DNA of 64,000 bases from Polyangiales bacterium (GTDB lineage Bacteria > Myxococcota_A > Polyangia > Polyangiales > Ga0077539), in the NCBI GenBank assembly GCA_044229975.1, contig JBGARZ010000004.1, positions 192,001 to 256,000 on the forward strand. The letters are read 5' to 3'. Under the pieces are notes generated by a model. The model was not told where the DNA came from and ran no database searches. It was given only the letters and a program-made list of their open reading frames with translations. Both the position numbers and the translations under genes were made by a program. Positions 59,140-64,000 of the stretch are shown in pieces (within the stretch, counting starts at the first letter, position 1; each line of letters opens with the position of its first letter).

Positions 59140-60045
59140 ATGGGGACGCGCTACGACAAACCGGCCCTGACGATCGACCAGCAGCTGGCGTTGTTGGTGT
59201 CTCGCGGCATGACGGTGGCCGACCCTCAGCGCGCTCAGCGCGTGCTCTCCAACATCAGTTACTACCGACTCAGCGGCTACTGGTATCCGCTCCGCAAGGT
59301 CGACGCCGCCGGGCAGCGAGCTGACGACTTCCGGCTGGGCAGCAGCTTCGAGTTGGCCGTCGAACTGTACGAGTTCGATCGTCAGCTTCGCCTCGAGTTG
59401 CTCGACGGAGTCGAGCGGGTGGAGGTCGCGCTCCGCACCAGCGTGACCTACCGCTTCGGGCTAGCGGCGGGAGCTTTCGGCCACACCGACCCGACGAAGT
59501 TTCGCGCCGGTTTCGAGCACGCAGACTGGCTCCGACGGGTCGAGGAGGAGATCGAGCGTTCGCAGGAGACCTTCGTCGAGCACTACCGGCGGCGATACGA
59601 CGGCCACCCCCGACTGCCGCTGTGGATGGCGACGGAGGTGATGTCCTTCGGCTCCCTCTCGCGCCTCTTCAAGAACGTCGCGGCAGACGTCCAGCGCGAG
59701 ATCGCGAAGCCCTTCGCCGTCCACCACAGCGTGCTCGCGAGCTGGCTGCACGTGATCACCGTCGTCCGCAACGTCTGCGCCCACCACGCCCGGCTCTGGA
59801 ACCGCGAACTCGGCGTCCGGCCCAAGTTGCCCCAACACGACCCGAGCTGGAGGGTTCCGGCGTCGGACCGACTCTTCGCGGTGCTGCTCATCCTGCGCCA
59901 TATGCTCCGTGCTCTGGGCGAAGGCAGCGGCTGGGCCACGAGGGTCGAGCAACTCGTGAATCCGATCGCACGGAAGGGGGCCAACGGCACCTCCATGGGT
60001 CTTCCGCCACGCTGGAACGATCACCCCATCTGGGCCGGTCGCTGA
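59140..60045 (+). CDS. Abi family (Abi_2; AbiD/AbiF-like) HEPN ribonuclease
   Basis: KPALTIDQQLALLVSRGM, ISYYRLSGY, LYEFDRQLR, ERVEVALR, PLWMATEVMSFG, HEPN RNVCAH (RxxxxH), RLWNR. Confidence 0.92.
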   Translation: MGTRYDKPALTIDQQLALLVSRGMTVADPQRAQRVLSNISYYRLSGYWYPLRKVDAAGQRADDFRLGSSFELAVELYEFDRQLRLELLDGVERVEVALRTSVTYRFGLAAGAFGHTDPTKFRAGFEHADWLRRVEEEIERSQETFVEHYRRRYDGHPRLPLWMATEVMSFGSLSRLFKNVAADVQREIAKPFAVHHSVLASWLHVITVVRNVCAHHARLWNRELGVRPKLPQHDPSWRVPASDRLFAVLLILRHMLRALGEGSGWATRVEQLVNPIARKGANGTSMGLPPRWNDHPIWAGR

Positions 60046-60082
60046 CCCCACCGCGCAGACCAACGGCGTCGGCGAGAGCCCG

Positions 60083-61357
60083 CTACGGCAGCGACGCCAG
60101 GATCTCGCGCTCGATGGCGGCGTAGTCCACCGTCACGTCGAGCCGCGCGAGCAGCGAGTAGAACCCGAACTGCAACCGGTTCATGAAGGTCATGTGCGGG
60201 GGCATCCCGAAGAACTCCGCCTCGGGCAGCGTGCGGCTCTCCTTGGCGACGACCTTCATGCCCTCGACGAGGCTCGCTGCGTACGGCCGGGTCATGTTCC
60301 AGGGCGACTCGAAGAGGGGCTTGAACGCCACCCGGATGTACTCCCAGCAGAGCACCTCCATGCCGCCCGGCTTCGCGCCCAGCATCCGCCCGAGCGCCGC
60401 GCGAAACTCCTTCTCGTCGCGCGCGATGGCCGCCCGGTGCATGGCCCGCGCGTTGTCGCGGTTGTCGTCGGGGATGCGCTGCACGCAGCCGAAATCGAGC
60501 ACTCCCACCGCGCCGTCGGGCAGGAAGATGTAGTTGCCCGGGTGCGGGTCGGCGTTGAAGCGACCTCCCGCCAGGATGGCCGTGAACACGTAGCGCCAGA
60601 GCGTCTTCGCCCACGCCTCGCGCTGCGCGAGCGGCGCCGCCACCGCGTCGTCGAAGCTCCGCCCCTCGATGAACTCCATGGTCAGCACGCGCCCCGTCGA
60701 GCGGTCGTCGATGACCGCGGGCACGGTGACCTTCGGGTCGTCGCGAAACATCTCCGCGAAGTGCCGCTGGTTGTCGGCCTCGTGCTGGTAGTCGAGCTCC
60801 TCGCGGAAGCGCTCCTTGATGACCGCGAACACTGCCTTCGGGTCGTGCCGCCCGAGGCCCATGCTCGACGCCATGCTGGTGAGAATCCCCCCGTTGGAGA
60901 GGTCGCTCTCCACCGCCGCCGCCACGTTGGGGTGTTGCACCTTCACCGCCACGGCGCGTCCGTCGTGGAGCCGCGCGCGGTGCACCTGCCCGATGGAGGC
61001 GCTCGCGATGGGGGTGTCGCTCCACTCGGCGAAGAGTGTTTCGGGCGCGGCGCCGAGCTCGGCGACGATGAGCGCGCGCACCTCCGCGGGCGACGACTGC
61101 GGTGTGGCGGCGCGCAGCCCCTTCATGGCGAGCTCGTAGTGCTCGCGCTGGCCTTCGGGGATCACCCCGTCGACGTAGCTGGCCATCTGACCGACCTTGG
61201 CCGCGAGGCCGCGGAGCGTCCCGAGCACCTCCGCGGTGTGCATGGCCGCGGCGCGGGCGTCCTTGTCGAGGAGCATCCCGGCGCCGGCGCGGAGCCCGGT
61301 CGAGGCGAGGCGGGCGAAGCGTCCGAGGCGTCCGGTGGGGAGGTCGCGTTCATCCAT
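60083..61357 (-). CDS. ABC1/UbiB (AarF) atypical kinase family protein
   Basis: AKVGQ, ASASIGQVHRA, VAVKVQHP, EELDY, NADPHPGN, LDFG. Confidence 0.93.
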   Translation of the reverse strand: MDERDLPTGRLGRFARLASTGLRAGAGMLLDKDARAAAMHTAEVLGTLRGLAAKVGQMASYVDGVIPEGQREHYELAMKGLRAATPQSSPAEVRALIVAELGAAPETLFAEWSDTPIASASIGQVHRARLHDGRAVAVKVQHPNVAAAVESDLSNGGILTSMASSMGLGRHDPKAVFAVIKERFREELDYQHEADNQRHFAEMFRDDPKVTVPAVIDDRSTGRVLTMEFIEGRSFDDAVAAPLAQREAWAKTLWRYVFTAILAGGRFNADPHPGNYIFLPDGAVGVLDFGCVQRIPDDNRDNARAMHRAAIARDEKEFRAALGRMLGAKPGGMEVLCWEYIRVAFKPLFESPWNMTRPYAASLVEGMKVVAKESRTLPEAEFFGMPPHMTFMNRLQFGFYSLLARLDVTVDYAAIEREILASLP

Positions 61358-61478
61358 TGGGTGGCGCGGACCAATGGGGGTAGAAACGGCACCGGCGTCA
61401 AGCGCCGGGAATCCCGCAACGACGCCAACCCCAGGAACCGGCGACCGCGAGGGCGCCGGACCAGCGGGCGCGCCTCCC

Positions 61479-62048
61479 CTACGGCGTCGCGGCCGTATTC
61501 GCGAGGACGACGTCGATCACCGGAGCGTAGGCCCGCCACGCCAGGGAGAGTTCTTCGATCAGCTTGTCCCGATACTCGTCAAACGAGTCGGGAACTTCCG
61601 GCCCGGGCAGCACGTAGCCGAGAGCCGCATACCATGAGGTGGTCCGGTGGTTCCGCGCCAACCGGGCTGTCTTCATGGCATCTGAGCTACGCAGCGCCAA
61701 TCCCAGGGGATCAGCGTTTCGACAGACCACCCCGACGTAGGGAGGCTCTCCCGGGCCGAGGGTCACCGACCAGCGGTGCCATTGAAGTGCGACGCACACG
61801 CGAGGCTGCCCGGAGTCGTGGAGAGGCCACGTCGGCCGAACGAGCTGGTAGGTCGGCCACTCCTCGTCGGGGTCGATGCGAGCGTTGAGCTGGACGCCCA
61901 GCGCCTGCGTCGTCTCCGCGATCATCGGGCGTAGGCCGTCCAGCCACTCGTCGAGCGCCGCGGTCGCTTCCTTCTTCAATGCCGCCCACTCCTCGATGCG
62001 TTCCCGGTGGCGGAGGTAGAAGCGGACCCGCTCGTCATGGATGGTCAT
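61479..62048 (-). CDS. Hypothetical protein coupled to the PD-(D/E)XK nuclease gene
   Basis: TGATG overlap with the upstream nuclease gene; atypical codon usage. Confidence 0.7.
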   Translation of the reverse strand: MTIHDERVRFYLRHRERIEEWAALKKEATAALDEWLDGLRPMIAETTQALGVQLNARIDPDEEWPTYQLVRPTWPLHDSGQPRVCVALQWHRWSVTLGPGEPPYVGVVCRNADPLGLALRSSDAMKTARLARNHRTTSWYAALGYVLPGPEVPDSFDEYRDKLIEELSLAWRAYAPVIDVVLANTAATP

Positions 62049-62788
62049 CAGAACTCCCGGTCGAGGGTTCGAAGGTAGGACTCAACGACGCGCCGACCCT
62101 CCGTGATCCCGCTGCGTGGCTGGGGCGCATCGACCGCTCGCAGCGAACGAGAGAGCACGTCGTGGAGCTGTCGGTAGCTCATGGATCGGAACGCCTTCGC
62201 CGCCTCGCCGGTTGCGCTGACCGGGGGACGACCCTCGGGCGTGAGGAAGACGAAGCGGGCGCCCGGGTCTGACTTGAACGCTTCGAAGTACGCATCGCAT
62301 TGACGGTGTCCCTCCGGTGCGTCGACCTTGTTCTCGACGACGAGGGTGAGCTCGTAGCCCGCGCGCACCACCACGTCGATGCGGCAGTCCCCTCGCTGCT
62401 CTTCGCGGCGTGTCCGCGCGTGAGGCAGCGCGAGGACGAGCGCGTCTGACAAACCCTCGGGGTACGCCTCGCGGAGAAACTCGCGGAGCCCGACGGGGCC
62501 GAGGCCGTGACGACCGCAGGGATCGAGCAGCCACGCAATCATCGTCGAGTGGGGCAACTCGTCCCTGCGCAAGCCGAGGACGCCGAAGGTGTCGTCGGGG
62601 CCGTGAAGCCACTGCCCGCGGGCCCGCAGGGCATCCTCTTCGGCCGCGATGACGTTGTAGCCATGACGCCATTCCGAGAGGATGTCGGCCGAGCGCGCCT
62701 CGATGACGAGCCACTGCGCCAACAGACTCTCGAACTCCTCGTCGGAGCTTCGCAGGTGCGACGCCGTAATCCGCCCGGACGAGGACAT
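62048..62788 (-). CDS. PD-(D/E)XK nuclease family protein (PDDEXK_4-like)
   Basis: ELPHSTMIAWLLDP..HGLG, RIDVV, VVENKV, Q..AY, FLTPEG. Confidence 0.85.
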   Translation of the reverse strand: MSSSGRITASHLRSSDEEFESLLAQWLVIEARSADILSEWRHGYNVIAAEEDALRARGQWLHGPDDTFGVLGLRRDELPHSTMIAWLLDPCGRHGLGPVGLREFLREAYPEGLSDALVLALPHARTRREEQRGDCRIDVVVRAGYELTLVVENKVDAPEGHRQCDAYFEAFKSDPGARFVFLTPEGRPPVSATGEAAKAFRSMSYRQLHDVLSRSLRAVDAPQPRSGITEGRRVVESYLRTLDREF

Positions 62789-62940
62789 CTCGATGCGGCT
62801 ATCACCGGGCAGGCTTTTGCTGCAACGGAAACGTGCGCTCCGCGGATCGGTCGCCCAGCCTCCATCGGGACACCCCATGCCGGGCGGCACCCGAGCACGC
62901 AGCGACGACAGCATCGCGACGCTCGCGGTACGGTCGCGCG

Positions 62941-63918
62941 ATGGGCTACATCCCGCCGGACGCGAAGTGGTACCTGGCCGACGTGGTGGAGGTGATACGG
63001 GTGGGCGACGACCCTCGGCAGGTGGTGCACGTCAACCTGCACCTCGTGCGCGCCGACTCCCCGAGCGAGGCGTACGAAAAGGCGCTCGCGATCGGGCGGC
63101 AGGGTGAGCAGCGCTACCTCAACCCCGCTGGACAGGAAGTGCACACGGAGTTCGTCGGGCTGCGCGGGCTCAACGTCATCCACGAGCCGTTGGAGGATGG
63201 CGCCGAGCTGATCTACGACGAGCGCATCGTGTCGTCGCGCGCCGAGGCGGAGGCGCTCACCGTGAAGCGCTCCGAGCTCGCGGTCTTCGCGCCCATCGAG
63301 CCGGGAGACCATCCCGACTACGCCTGTGCGGAAGTCCTCGCGGAGGTCTACCAGCGCGTGCAGTCGATGCGCGACGCGATGCGTCTCACCACCCCGCGGC
63401 TCGTGCTCGAACCGCTCGTCCCCGACCACGCCGACGCCCTCTTCGCGGGGCTCTCCGACCCGCTTCTCTACACGTACATCCCGGGCAACCCGCCGGTCTC
63501 GGTCGAGACGCTGCGGGCGCGATACACCCGCCTGGAGTCGCGCTGGTCGCCCGACGGTCTGGAGCGCTGGCTCAACTGGGCGGTGCGCCTGTCCGATGGT
63601 GCGTACGTCGGGCTCGCCGAGGCCACGGTGCGCGCCGATCAGCGGGCGAGCGTCGCGTACTTCGTGTTCGCGGAGTTCATGCGACGGGGCTACGGCGCCG
63701 AGGCCACGGGCGCGGTGGTGCGCTACCTCGTCGACGAGCTCAAGGTGCGCGGCGTCGAGGCACAGATCGACACCCGCAACGCGGCCTCGCAGCGTCTCGT
63801 CGAGCGCGTGGGCTTCGTCCGGGTGCGCATCGAGCGCGACGCCGACACCTTCAAGGGATCATCCAGCGACGAGTACATCTACGAGTGGCCGATGGACGCG
63901 CTCACGGCGTCGCGATGA
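62941..63918 (+). CDS. DUF4288-like domain fused to a RimJ/RimL-type GNAT N-acetyltransferase
   Basis: N-terminal WYLAD...LVRADSPSEAYEKA...FVGLRGL...LEDGAEL; C-terminal TPRLVLEPL, RRGYGAEA, NAASQRLVERVGF. Confidence 0.78.
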   Translation: MGYIPPDAKWYLADVVEVIRVGDDPRQVVHVNLHLVRADSPSEAYEKALAIGRQGEQRYLNPAGQEVHTEFVGLRGLNVIHEPLEDGAELIYDERIVSSRAEAEALTVKRSELAVFAPIEPGDHPDYACAEVLAEVYQRVQSMRDAMRLTTPRLVLEPLVPDHADALFAGLSDPLLYTYIPGNPPVSVETLRARYTRLESRWSPDGLERWLNWAVRLSDGAYVGLAEATVRADQRASVAYFVFAEFMRRGYGAEATGAVVRYLVDELKVRGVEAQIDTRNAASQRLVERVGFVRVRIERDADTFKGSSSDEYIYEWPMDALTASR

Positions 63919-64000
63919 GCCGCGCGCGCATGATGCGGTGGCCCCGGCCGATGGCCTTCGCGGCGGCTCCCCTAGACGCCCGCGCTGAGGTAGTAGTTAC

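Overview
Very GC-rich bacterial DNA whose gene content points to a myxobacterium (Myxococcota, probably Polyangia-like; inference). Indicators are a Ser/Thr kinase-PEGA/TPR-lipoprotein cassette, many Asp-linker/Cys-rich lipoproteins, a MYXO-CTERM matrixin and a CglB-like VWA lipoprotein. Housekeeping genes: grpE, dnaK, polA, a beta-CASP MBL nuclease and TatT/TatP-type TRAP components. No rRNA, tRNA, CRISPR array or transposase was seen. Main points of interest: (1) an AbiF/Abi_2 HEPN RNase gene preceded by a compact structured RNA (candidate RNA-antitoxin module), near a PD-(D/E)XK nuclease pair; (2) a lipoprotein tyrosinase homologue with 3 of 6 copper histidines replaced (Y, Q, E); (3) a 217-bp MITE with an 11-bp target-site duplication; (4) a ~340-bp fold-back element whose end is amplified as a 37-bp tandem array; (5) a dispersed REP-like palindrome family; (6) an ECF42 sigma/DGPF pair split by a Uma2 nuclease gene; (7) several decayed genes (CPA2 antiporter, ParE-type TA, WD40). 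All family calls come from reading motifs by eye, with no database search.
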